A DNA stretch of 64,000 nucleotides from Candidatus Woesearchaeota archaeon (GCA_964513145.1 CAZELK010000004.1:29939-93938), one strand, 5' to 3'. Numbered from the stretch's first letter, positions 19,821-28,417 are shown. Notes: generated from the letters alone by a model not told the origin. Translations and numbers: made by a program.

Positions 19821-21011
19821 CTATTTCTTAGGGAGTTTGTACAAAGAATAAGGAGCGATACCTATACCGAGTTTATCAAACATATAATCACTTATTTCTC
19901 CACCAGTCATACCTTTTCTTCTAAGAATAATAAGTTTATTTCTAATTTTAGGATTTAAATCTCTAATTAAAACTCTTTTTTTGATCATTTTAGCTAATCT
20001 TTTTAGTTTTCTTTTTCTACCTTCTGCTTTTAAGAAAATATTTATTTTTAAGGCGTTTAAAATACTTTCCTCATTTGAGACTGAAACCGCATCACCATCA
20101 GGATAAGAATGAATTTTTAGTTTTTTAAGAATTTTTATAAAAAGTTCTTTATTTGGATCACAAGCAATTTCTACTCTCCAAAAATTATGGGCTGAACCAT
20201 CACCATCACATACTCCTTGCAGGAATGATATTAAAAATTTAGTTGGACAATCTAATAACCAATTCATTCTAACATTATTGTATGTTGTCCCTTCATTTTC
20301 TTTTAATCCTAGACAAGTTTTTATTAAGAATTTTATGAATGGGGATTTTTCTGATATCCACCTATATAAGCCAAATGGTCTCCTCTTTTCTATTTTATTA
20401 TAATCTTTTATTCTCTTAGCTTTTATACCTAAATAATTAAAATTTTTGGATGTAAAATTTCCTATTTTTAAACTCCAATCATATTTTTTAGTAAGTGCTA
20501 GAAGAAATTGATTAGAAAATCTATATCCTTTGGGTTTACTACTATCGCTAACCATCATTCCCAATATGTATGCAAGGGCTTTTTCTTTTAATTTATGATT
20601 CGAATTATTTTTGCCAAGTTGGTTAATTACATAAGTGATCTCTTTATAAGAATTAATTTTTAGTGAAACTTCAATATAAGAATTATAAGTATGCCCACCT
20701 TGTTTGGAATGCAATGGTAATAATTTATTTCTTTTTTTAATTTTAATATTGGGAACAGATTCGGCTAATAAGATCAAATATGGTTTACATATTAAATTAT
20801 TCCTAACTTTATTGTAATCTAATCTTAATTTTTTAGCTATTTGAGCACAAGATAAACCTTTATTTTTTAAATTTGTAACTTTGAAGTAATTTTTGCATCT
20901 TGTTCTATGGGTTGTGTAAAATTCTCCGCTTATTAAATCTTCATAAAAATATAGTTTCTTTAATCTATTTAATAATTCTTTAATACTATTTATTTCGTTT
21001 GCACTAACCAC
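19821..21011 (-). CDS. free-standing double-motif LAGLIDADG endonuclease-like protein with HTH segments
   Basis: LAYILGMMVSDS and FLQGVCDGDG motifs; no intein termini; no host intron seen. Confidence 0.8.
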   Translation of the reverse strand: MVSANEINSIKELLNRLKKLYFYEDLISGEFYTTHRTRCKNYFKVTNLKNKGLSCAQIAKKLRLDYNKVRNNLICKPYLILLAESVPNIKIKKRNKLLPLHSKQGGHTYNSYIEVSLKINSYKEITYVINQLGKNNSNHKLKEKALAYILGMMVSDSSKPKGYRFSNQFLLALTKKYDWSLKIGNFTSKNFNYLGIKAKRIKDYNKIEKRRPFGLYRWISEKSPFIKFLIKTCLGLKENEGTTYNNVRMNWLLDCPTKFLISFLQGVCDGDGSAHNFWRVEIACDPNKELFIKILKKLKIHSYPDGDAVSVSNEESILNALKINIFLKAEGRKRKLKRLAKMIKKRVLIRDLNPKIRNKLIILRRKGMTGGEISDYMFDKLGIGIAPYSLYKLPKK

Positions 21012-21014
21012 CCT

Positions 21015-21506
21015 TTATATTTTTAATTTCTTCTTGTTTTTTGGATAATTTCTCTTTTCATATTCCAGTAATTTCTTTTTTAAAAAAACCACTTCAACAG
21101 AATTATAATTTGGAGTAAAGTCGCCTTTTCTATTAAATTGTTCTAGGCAGTGTTTTATTTCTTCAATATCAGCTAAATCTAGTTCTTCATCATTCCATAA
21201 ACAAACTAATCTGTCTTCTGGATAAAAATATTTGAAATAATCATCATTAAAATGACCGCATTCAGCACAATACAAATTCAAACCAACTTCTCTTATCCAG
21301 AATTGCGGTTCTCTTTCTTTCCCCATAACTTTGAATTCTCTTTTTTCTTCTTCAATTATTCCCCAGACAATTTCAAGATAAAATAATGGCGATTTACAAT
21401 AAGAACATAGTACTGGATTATCTTGTTGTGCTAAACTCCATCTTCTAGTAGATTTTATACTATCTGCAATTAGTACTGATTTGTTTATTCTTTCAACTTC
21501 GTTCAT
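21015..21506 (-). CDS. hypothetical Zn-ribbon protein
   Basis: CSYC and CAEC pairs; ATG 21506 (MNEVER) lies just past the RNA closing stem. Confidence 0.65.
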   Translation of the reverse strand: MNEVERINKSVLIADSIKSTRRWSLAQQDNPVLCSYCKSPLFYLEIVWGIIEEEKREFKVMGKEREPQFWIREVGLNLYCAECGHFNDDYFKYFYPEDRLVCLWNDEELDLADIEEIKHCLEQFNRKGDFTPNYNSVEVVFLKKKLLEYEKRNYPKNKKKLKI

Positions 21507-21515
21507 TTTATTGTA

Positions 21516-21735
21516 ATTGCCGATAGTGAAACGCACTTGTAATTTGAGCTTTGAATTTTGAGCCTTGACTATGGTTATGATAAGCTTTGAACTTTGGTCT
21601 TTTAGCCCACCAGCCCTGTCATGGGAACAAAATGATTTACTTTATTCGGATGTAGACTCAAAACAAAATAAATCAAAGCACTATCTCGAACTATCGGCAA
21701 CTTATCTATTTGATAGATAAGCAAAAATTTGGCAG
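21516..21735 (-). ncRNA. candidate structured ncRNA downstream of the DIP1984-family gene
   Basis: 11-bp perfect closing inverted repeat (21517-21527 / 21690-21700), 9-bp hairpin 21701-21721, 7-nt tandem repeats 21543-21599, no ORF. Confidence 0.65.
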
Positions 21736-22194
21736 CTAAATTAATAATTCCGCAGTCCAATTAGTTATTTGTATTTTATTATCTAAATTTGTTTTTTCTA
21801 CTTGTAATTTCTCGATTTCTTCTTCTATTTTTTTCTCTTCAATTAATGGGTGTTTGTCTACATCATTTTTTTCTCTAAATAAGTAATCTCTTTTTCTCTC
21901 AAATAAATTGCCCATATCTGAAATCCTTGCTCTTAGATCGCTTATTTTTAATATTGCTTCTGCTACTGTAATATCACCATCAATAAGTCTTATGCCTAAA
22001 TTAGTTTTTTGAATCTTTAATTTTAATTGCTTAATTTCTTCTGTTTTTTCATTAATTTGTTTAGTTAAATCCCTTATATCGAATGGTGGTTTTTTCTTAG
22101 TTTCAATGTAGAAGTTTTCTTTTCTTAAATTTACTAACCTAGATAATCTTGCTTTTTCTTTTTTCAACAATGACAATGCTTCACCTAATTTCAT
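21736..22194 (-). CDS. DIP1984-family (DUF6847-like) coiled-coil protein
   Basis: MKLGEAL start, L...I..TN, T.AEAI, and LD..IQ..NW...L end, all characteristic of the family. Confidence 0.8.
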   Translation of the reverse strand: MKLGEALSLLKKEKARLSRLVNLRKENFYIETKKKPPFDIRDLTKQINEKTEEIKQLKLKIQKTNLGIRLIDGDITVAEAILKISDLRARISDMGNLFERKRDYLFREKNDVDKHPLIEEKKIEEEIEKLQVEKTNLDNKIQITNWTAELLI

Positions 22195-22253
22195 TTTAAT
22201 TTTTAAAAACTAACTTATTTAAATATTTATGACGTATGTTTTTGTGGGTGCAA

Positions 22254-22463
22254 CTACACTGATTTTTCTTTACCGTCCAAATAAGTTATAAAACATGTTC
22301 TATTATTCTCATCTTTAGCTAAATAACTGAATAATAGCTTACCTTTTTGCAGACATGACCCTATTGCGACTAATTTGTTTATAGAAATACTAAATGTTGC
22401 TCTTTTTTGTGAAACTTTACATTTCCAGCCGATATTATCAAAAATTATTTCCATCAAATACAT
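22254..22463 (-). CDS. small protein, possibly AbrB/SpoVT-like DNA binding
   Basis: 69 aa; CKVSQKRATFSISINKLVA...LQKG beta-rich pattern. Confidence 0.55.
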   Translation of the reverse strand: MYLMEIIFDNIGWKCKVSQKRATFSISINKLVAIGSCLQKGKLLFSYLAKDENNRTCFITYLDGKEKSV

Positions 22464-22570
22464 AAATATAATTTAATATATAAGTGTTAGGCAGATATCT
22501 GAAATGTCCAGTAGTTTTTTGTCTAGTGAAATTAAATGAATTATATTGTTGATATAAGTCGTAATAAAAT

Positions 22571-22679
22571 CCGGAAGATTTTCGGTGTCCAGTTGGTATT
22601 TCCTGAAAAGTTTTCGGTTTAATATTTAAATAAGCCAAAAGATTTACGAAACTAAGTGTAAAAACCGGAAGATTTTCGG
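22571..22679. repeat. four quasi-palindromic sites at ~31-bp period (operator/iteron-like)
   Basis: CCGGAAGATTTTCGG at 22571 and 22665 (identical); degenerate CCTGAAAAGTTTTCGG at 22602 and CCAAAAGATTTACGA at 22635. Confidence 0.7.
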
Positions 22680-22719
22680 AAGTAAAGATTATAAACTATT
22701 AAGAAATTGAAAAAGTGAC

Positions 22720-23148
22720 ATGACATGTCCTTTTTGTGATAAAAAAGTCATAGAAAATCAAAAAATATTTGAGACTCTAACAGAATTTGTTATTTACAAT
22801 ATTAGGCCGGCAAATAAGGGACAATGTTTAGTAATACCAAAAAGACATGTAACAAATATAAGAGAGCTTTCTGAAAATGAATTATCCAGTTTATTTAATA
22901 CTGTTAAATTTGTTTCTGAAAAATTAAATTCTGCATTAAAGGCTAAAGGATTTAATTATGGATTTAACGAGGAAAAAATTGCTGGACAAAGTATTGAACA
23001 TTTTCATTTTCACATATTGCCAAGATATACAAATGATAAAATTCCCGAATTTCATTTGTTTCATCGTGATCCAAAAACAAAGAAAAATCTTGAAGAAAAA
23101 GAACTGAAAAAATTTGTTGAAGAATTTAAAAGTTTTTTTGCTGAATAA
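22720..23148 (+). CDS. HIT-family nucleotide hydrolase
   Basis: CPFC, PKRH, AGQSIEHFHFHILPR. Confidence 0.93.
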   Translation: MTCPFCDKKVIENQKIFETLTEFVIYNIRPANKGQCLVIPKRHVTNIRELSENELSSLFNTVKFVSEKLNSALKAKGFNYGFNEEKIAGQSIEHFHFHILPRYTNDKIPEFHLFHRDPKTKKNLEEKELKKFVEEFKSFFAE

Positions 23149-23160
23149 ATTTTATGGAGA

Positions 23161-23460
23161 TTATAGTTCTATAAAAATTTCTTCGTTTTTTACTTCGACT
23201 TTATAAGAATTTAATTTACCCATTCCAGGCATTATGTTTTGGCCTGTTTTTACATCATATTGCCAGCCATGCAATGGACAAGTAATATTATTTCCTTCCA
23301 AATCCCCTTCTGCCAATGGACCACCAACATGCAAACAATCATTATCTATTGCAAAAAATTGATCATTGATTTTAAACAAAACTATTTCTTTGTCATTAAC
23401 CTTAACTAATTTACGATTGTTTGTTAATTCTGAAACTTTTGCGACTTTGGTTTTTACCAT
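23161..23460 (-). CDS. Rieske [2Fe-2S] ferredoxin
   Basis: CLHVGGPL and CPLHGWQY; start at ATG 23460. Confidence 0.92.
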   Translation of the reverse strand: MVKTKVAKVSELTNNRKLVKVNDKEIVLFKINDQFFAIDNDCLHVGGPLAEGDLEGNNITCPLHGWQYDVKTGQNIMPGMGKLNSYKVEVKNEEIFIEL

Positions 23461-23500
23461 AGGAAAAGTATTAAATAATTGGTTAAAATACTTTTTGTTT

Positions 23501-24073
23501 ATGTATAAAGCCATAATTTTATTTGGGGCTCCTGGAACTGGCAAGGGGACGCAAGCAGAACTTCTTATGAAAAAGGGGGGGTATTTTCATTTTTCTACAG
23601 GAAATATGTTTAGGAATTTAGATAAAAAAACTAAAACTGGAAAAGTTATTATTGATTTAATTGATCATGGAAATTTTGTGCCTGATGATTTAGCATTGAA
23701 ATTATTTGAAGAAACATTAGATAAGTATGTCAATGATAAAAGATTTAACCCTGAAAAGGAAATATTAATTTTAGATGGGATTCCAAGAACAAAAGAACAG
23801 GTACATCATTTAAGAAAGGTTGTTGACATTAAAAAAATTATTTATTTTGTCATTAAAGATGAAGTTGCTATAGAAAGAACAACAAAAAAAAGATCTGGAG
23901 AAGAAAACAGGGAAGATGATAAAAATGCTGATATTGTTAAAAAAAGATTAGAGACTTTTAAAAGAATTACTCTTCCTATTTTAAAAGAATATAAAAAAGA
24001 TCTCATTGTGGAAATAAATGGAGAAAGAAGTGTAGATGAGATACATAGAGATATTTTAAGAATTTTAAAATAA
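23501..24073 (+). CDS. adk: adenylate kinase (bacterial-type, short lid)
   Basis: GAPGTGKGTQA, LDGIPRT, REDD; start at ATG 23501. Confidence 0.92.
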   Translation: MYKAIILFGAPGTGKGTQAELLMKKGGYFHFSTGNMFRNLDKKTKTGKVIIDLIDHGNFVPDDLALKLFEETLDKYVNDKRFNPEKEILILDGIPRTKEQVHHLRKVVDIKKIIYFVIKDEVAIERTTKKRSGEENREDDKNADIVKKRLETFKRITLPILKEYKKDLIVEINGERSVDEIHRDILRILK

Positions 24074-24119
24074 TTAAATTTATATTTGATATCGTTATAG
24101 TATTCCCAGGGGTGAAATT

Positions 24120-25061
24120 ATAAAACATTTATTAAGTATTAAGGATTTAAGCAAAAAAGAAATATTAGAATTTATTAAATTAGGCATAAAAATCAAAGAT
24201 AACCCTAAAAAATATTCTAAAAGTTTATTTGAAAAAACATTGTTATTATTTTTTGAACAGCCTTCTTTAAGGACAGAGATTTCCTTTGAGACAGCCATAT
24301 TTCAAATGGGTGGTGAAGCAATAGACTATCATACTGAAAACTCACCATGGAAAATCGGGAAAGAAAGCCTGGAAGATGTTGCCAAGGTTATAAGCCAATA
24401 TTGTGATGTTGCAGCCTTAAGAATAAATGACCATGATGATTTAGTAAAATTTTCTAAAAATTCCAGCATACCAATTATTAATGCAATGACGTCATTTGAA
24501 CATCCCTGCCAAATTTTGGGAGATTTAATGACTATTTTTGAAATTAAAAAGAGTTTTAAAAATCTAAAATTAACTTATTTGGGAGACAGCAACAATAATG
24601 TTACACATTCGCTAATTTATGGATGCACAAAATTAGGCATTGATATTTCTATTGGGTGCCCTTCTGAAAAAGAGTTTATGCCTCTACAATCTGTAATAAA
24701 AGACGGAAAAAGATTAAGCAAAATAAACAAATGCGAATTCAAGATTTTTCATGATGCAAATGAATGTGTGAAAGATTCTAAAATAATTTACACTGATTCA
24801 TGGATGTCATATAAAATTCCTAAAGAAGAAAAACCAAGAAGAGTAAAATTTCTGAAAGATTTTCAGGTAAATAAAAATATTATGAAACATGCTGATAAAA
24901 ATGCAGTATTTATGCATTGCTTGCCTGCATTGAGAGGAGATGAAGTAACTAAAGACGTAATTGATGGAAAACAAAGCATTGTGTTTAAGCAGGCAAAAAA
25001 CAGATTATTTTCAGAAAAGGCGATATTGCTTAAATTATTAAAAGGTAGCGTAACCAATTAA
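24120..25061 (+). CDS. arcB: ornithine carbamoyltransferase, probable ATA start
   Basis: PSLRT, HPCQ, DSWMSY, MHCLP; conserved N-terminus KHLLSIKDLS is in frame upstream of 24240, preceded by AGGGGTGA and only ATT/ATA codons. Confidence 0.88.
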   Translation: MKHLLSIKDLSKKEILEFIKLGIKIKDNPKKYSKSLFEKTLLLFFEQPSLRTEISFETAIFQMGGEAIDYHTENSPWKIGKESLEDVAKVISQYCDVAALRINDHDDLVKFSKNSSIPIINAMTSFEHPCQILGDLMTIFEIKKSFKNLKLTYLGDSNNNVTHSLIYGCTKLGIDISIGCPSEKEFMPLQSVIKDGKRLSKINKCEFKIFHDANECVKDSKIIYTDSWMSYKIPKEEKPRRVKFLKDFQVNKNIMKHADKNAVFMHCLPALRGDEVTKDVIDGKQSIVFKQAKNRLFSEKAILLKLLKGSVTN

Positions 25062-25468
25062 CATTTTACAACCTTCCTTAATTTAAAGAATAAATTTATT
25101 TTATTTTGCAATATTTCTTCTTTTACTGGCGGACCATAAGCAATATCGTCTCTTTTATTTACAATTTCTTTAACTAAACTTATTATCTCTTCAATATTTC
25201 CTATAGAATCAAGCGGAGATACAATTTGTCTTTGAATATAATCTTTTAATTTGTCATCTTTTTTCTTAAACCATCTATGATTAATTTTTGATCATTCCTT
25301 GATTATATTTAAATTATGAAAATGTTGTTCTAAAATATTTACAGCACCCAAAGATAAATAAAATGCTAGTCTTCTCTGATGGGGCAATAAACCTCTTTTA
25401 TCATTTAAAGCCGAATTGATTTCTTCTAAAACTTCATTTATTATCTCCTGATGTTTTTCGATTTTCAT
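25058..25468 (-). pseudogene. HEPN-like gene with an in-frame TGA at codon 59 (25292-25294)
   Basis: MKIEKHQEII...IIKE*SKINHRWF...KRDDIAYGPP...FFKLRKVVKC in one continuous frame; family call from memory of DPANN HEPN-like genes. Confidence 0.6.
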
Positions 25469-25479
25469 TTTAAGTCATT

Positions 25480-25500
25480 TGTCTTAACACAATTAAGACA
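25480..25500. promoter_or_regulatory. 8-bp perfect inverted repeat (operator-like)
   Basis: TGTCTTAA-cacaa-TTAAGACA just upstream of the broken HEPN-like gene. Confidence 0.45.
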
Positions 25501-25547
25501 GGTGTCTACATAATAAAAATTATTAAACTCTAATTTTAGAAATGTGA

Positions 25548-25682
25548 ATGAGAATAAAATCTGGAAATCAAATTTAATTTAGAGATTTGTTAATAGGTTG
25601 CATAGCTCAAGAAAATTGTTATAGTTTAAAAACAAATAATAAAAAACATTTTGAAAGAATTCCAGGGTTAATTTTATTATAA
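25548..25682 (+). pseudogene. 3' remnant of a VapC/PIN toxin gene
   Basis: KSGNQI*FRDLLIGCIAQENCYSLKTNNKKHFERIPGL: PIN C-terminal D..I and T.N.KHF.RI motifs, internal TAA at 25575. Confidence 0.7.
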
Positions 25683-25835
25683 ACTGATTATATCTTTTTA
25701 ATAAATTCAATCATTCAAAATTTTATTTGAATATCTTGAAAATGTTTCAATAATGCAATTAAAAGTTCGTAATTCTTCTGAAAATTAAATCACAAACTAT
25801 TTAAAATAAAAATTACTTAATTACTTTAATAAGAG

Positions 25836-27320
25836 GTGATTAATTTTTTGGAAGTTTATAAAAACTTTATAGGCGGCAAGTTCATTAATTCAGAATCAGG
25901 AAAAACATTTGCAAGCATAAATCCGAGCAATGGAAAAATTTTGGGTTATTTTCAAGAAAGCAATAAAAAAGATTTGGACAATGCTATTAAATCTGCTTTA
26001 AATGGTTTTAAATTTTGGAGGAATTTTCCAGCACCAAAAAGGGGGGAAATTCTATTTAATGTTGCCAAATTGCTAAAAGAAAATAAAAAAAGACTAAGCA
26101 GATTAGTTACAATGGAAATGGGAAAAGTAATTTCAGAAGCTGAAGGTGATGTGCAAGAGGCAATTGATATTTTTGAATATATGGGTGGAGAGGGAAGAAG
26201 ATTATTTGGGGTAACGACGCCGTCAGAATTAAGAGATAAATTTTGCATGACATTAAGAAGACCTTTAGGAATTACTGCCTTGATAACGCCATGGAATTTT
26301 CCAATTGCGATTCCTGCATGGAAAATTTCTGCAAGTTTAATTTGCGGAAACAGCGTTATATTCAAACCAAGTTCTGACACGCCATTATGCGCTTTTGAAT
26401 TAGTAAAAATATTAGATGATGCTGGCTTGCCTGAGGGAGTTTTAAACTTAATTACTGGAAAAGGCGAGGAAATTGGAAATGAAATTATAAAGAATAAGAA
26501 TATTAACTGTATTTCATTTACTGGATCCAGAGAAGTCGGCGAGTTTATTTTAAAAAATTCTGGTGTTAATAGAATTGGTTTAGAGATGGGTGGCAAAAAT
26601 CCGATTATAATTATGGATGATGCTAATTTAGATCTTGCTTTAGAAGGCGTGATATGGGGTGGGTTTGGAACTACAGGGCAAAGATGTACAGCTGCGTCAA
26701 GAATAATTCTTCATAATGATATTAAAAAAGAATTTGAAGAGAAATTATTAAAGAAAACTAAAAAACTGAAAATAGGCGATGGATTAAAAGAAAATACTGA
26801 TGTCGGTCCTTTAATTGCTGAAAGAGCAATCCACAAAGTAGATTTTTATGTTAGCTCTGGGAAAAAAGAGGGAGCTCAACTTATTTGTGGTGGGAAAAGA
26901 ATATCAAGTAGTGGGTTCTTTTATGAGCCCACTATATTCACAAATGTGAAAAAAGAAATGCGGATAGCAAAAGAAGAAATCTTCGGTCCTGTTATATGCT
27001 TGATAAGTGTGAAAGATATTGATGAAGCAATAGAAATATGCAACAGTGTTGACTATGGTTTAAGCTCCAGTATTTATACTGAGAATATACAAAATGCATT
27101 TAAGGCAATTGAGAAAATAGATGCTGGCTTAACTTATGTAAATAGTTCAACTATAGGGAGCGAAGTTCATTTGCCTTTTGGCGGTGTAAAAAGTACAGGC
27201 AATGGAACAAGAGAAGGCGGGTATACTGCTATTGAAGAATTCTCAGAAATTAAAACAGCTTATATTGATTATTCAAATAAATTACAAAAAGCACAAATAG
27301 ATAGCGTGAGAGTGAAATGA
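25836..27320 (+). CDS. NAD(P)-dependent aldehyde dehydrogenase
   Basis: ITPWNFP, FTGS, LEMGGKNP, GQRCTA, EEIFGP; TTG at 25848 is a likely start after GAGGTGA. Confidence 0.95.
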   Translation: MINFLEVYKNFIGGKFINSESGKTFASINPSNGKILGYFQESNKKDLDNAIKSALNGFKFWRNFPAPKRGEILFNVAKLLKENKKRLSRLVTMEMGKVISEAEGDVQEAIDIFEYMGGEGRRLFGVTTPSELRDKFCMTLRRPLGITALITPWNFPIAIPAWKISASLICGNSVIFKPSSDTPLCAFELVKILDDAGLPEGVLNLITGKGEEIGNEIIKNKNINCISFTGSREVGEFILKNSGVNRIGLEMGGKNPIIIMDDANLDLALEGVIWGGFGTTGQRCTAASRIILHNDIKKEFEEKLLKKTKKLKIGDGLKENTDVGPLIAERAIHKVDFYVSSGKKEGAQLICGGKRISSSGFFYEPTIFTNVKKEMRIAKEEIFGPVICLISVKDIDEAIEICNSVDYGLSSSIYTENIQNAFKAIEKIDAGLTYVNSSTIGSEVHLPFGGVKSTGNGTREGGYTAIEEFSEIKTAYIDYSNKLQKAQIDSVRVK

Positions 27321-27625
27321 GTTTACAAAAAATATTTGGATATGCTGAGTTAATTATTGGTGTAATTTTAATATTTGGGGTTATAATTGGTTCTTATTTT
27401 GTATTTTCTGTAACTTCAAATATTATATCAAAAGGGGATAATATTATTAGTTCAGCTGCAAGCAATGCTGGTTTTGAAAAAGAGGAAGTTAGTCAGTATA
27501 AACAATCTTTACAAGAAATAATTCCTTTATTAATTTATAGTGTTGGTGGTGTTTATTTACTGATATTTTTGTTAATTGGAATTTTATTTAGTTTACAAGG
27601 AATCTTGAATATTAGGGAGGAATAA
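27317..27625 (+). CDS. two-TM membrane protein
   Basis: two hydrophobic helices; overlaps the ALDH stop. Confidence 0.65.
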   Translation: MSLQKIFGYAELIIGVILIFGVIIGSYFVFSVTSNIISKGDNIISSAASNAGFEKEEVSQYKQSLQEIIPLLIYSVGGVYLLIFLLIGILFSLQGILNIREE

Positions 27626-27627
27626 AA

Positions 27628-27750
27628 ATGTCAGATTATGGAGATTTTAGCCAGAGAAAAAGCAAGAATGATAAAAAAGCAAAAAGAAGGGTAAGGGTTT
27701 ATAAGAAAGGCGGAAAATACAGGGGAATTGACCTTACGAAAAAAGAATAA
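27628..27750 (+). CDS. small basic protein (40 aa)
   Basis: MSDYGDFSQRKSKNDKKAKRRVRVYKKGGKYRGIDLTKKE; GGGAGG upstream. Confidence 0.45.
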   Translation: MSDYGDFSQRKSKNDKKAKRRVRVYKKGGKYRGIDLTKKE

Positions 27751-27795
27751 TCTAGCAAAATTATATAAATACCAGGTGTATACTAATTGTATACC

Positions 27796-28017
27796 ATGAC
27801 AGATGCAATAGGGGTAAAATTACCATCAAGATTGAAAGAAGAAATAGATGAATTAATCAGATTAGGGGTATTTGTTTCCAGATCAGATGCTTTAAAATTT
27901 GGAGCCAGATTAGTTGTTATGCTTGAAAAAATGGAACTTCCTTTATCTAAAAGAGCAGAAGAATATGCTTTTGAAGAAATAACACAAAAATTTAAGAGGA
28001 TTAAGAATGTACATTGA
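27796..28017 (+). CDS. vapB: RHH (CopG-like) antitoxin
   Basis: IGVKLP..LKEEIDELI..G.FVSRSDALK. Confidence 0.8.
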   Translation: MTDAIGVKLPSRLKEEIDELIRLGVFVSRSDALKFGARLVVMLEKMELPLSKRAEEYAFEEITQKFKRIKNVH

Positions 28018-28399
28018 TGCAGATGTTATTTATGCCCATATAAAACCAACTGACTGGCTTAAACTTTATGCTGACAAGATTATTTCTTTAAAAAATTTAC
28101 AAACTTCTATAATAAGCATAACTGAATTAGAAATTGCAGCTAAAAGAGATTTTCAGGATGATTTTTATAATAGAGTTTTAGATAAAGTAAAAGAAATAAA
28201 AAATCTCAAAATAATAAACTTAGACATTAAAATATTGAAAAAAGCAATAGAATTAAGAAAACAATACAGTCTTGGTATTTTTGATTCAATTCATATTGCA
28301 ACAGCAATAATCTTCAAGGAAAATGTTATAATCAGTTCAGATTCTGCTTTTGATAATATTGTTGAAATAAAAAGAAAAGACCCAAGAGCGTACAAATAA
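28007..28399 (+). CDS. vapC: PIN-domain toxin
   Basis: YIDADVI, ITELE, FDSIHIATA, SSDSAFD. Confidence 0.9.
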   Translation: MYIDADVIYAHIKPTDWLKLYADKIISLKNLQTSIISITELEIAAKRDFQDDFYNRVLDKVKEIKNLKIINLDIKILKKAIELRKQYSLGIFDSIHIATAIIFKENVIISSDSAFDNIVEIKRKDPRAYK

Positions 28400-28417
28400 A
28401 ATACAAAATTGATTATT

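Noticed and set aside
22438-22638. 66-aa ORF over the repeat array
   Set aside because: Overlaps the 69-aa gene and translates the regulatory repeats
25292-25294. TGA recoded as Gly (code 25) or Sec
   Set aside because: TGA terminates intact genes here (eL41, uppS, trxB, hypothetical 11988); a single nonsense mutation is simpler
25952-26596. 214-aa antisense ORF, and similar ones at 58432-59187, 59998-60486, 56478-56816, 2905-3222 and 12022-12303
   Set aside because: Shadow ORFs opposite well-supported genes
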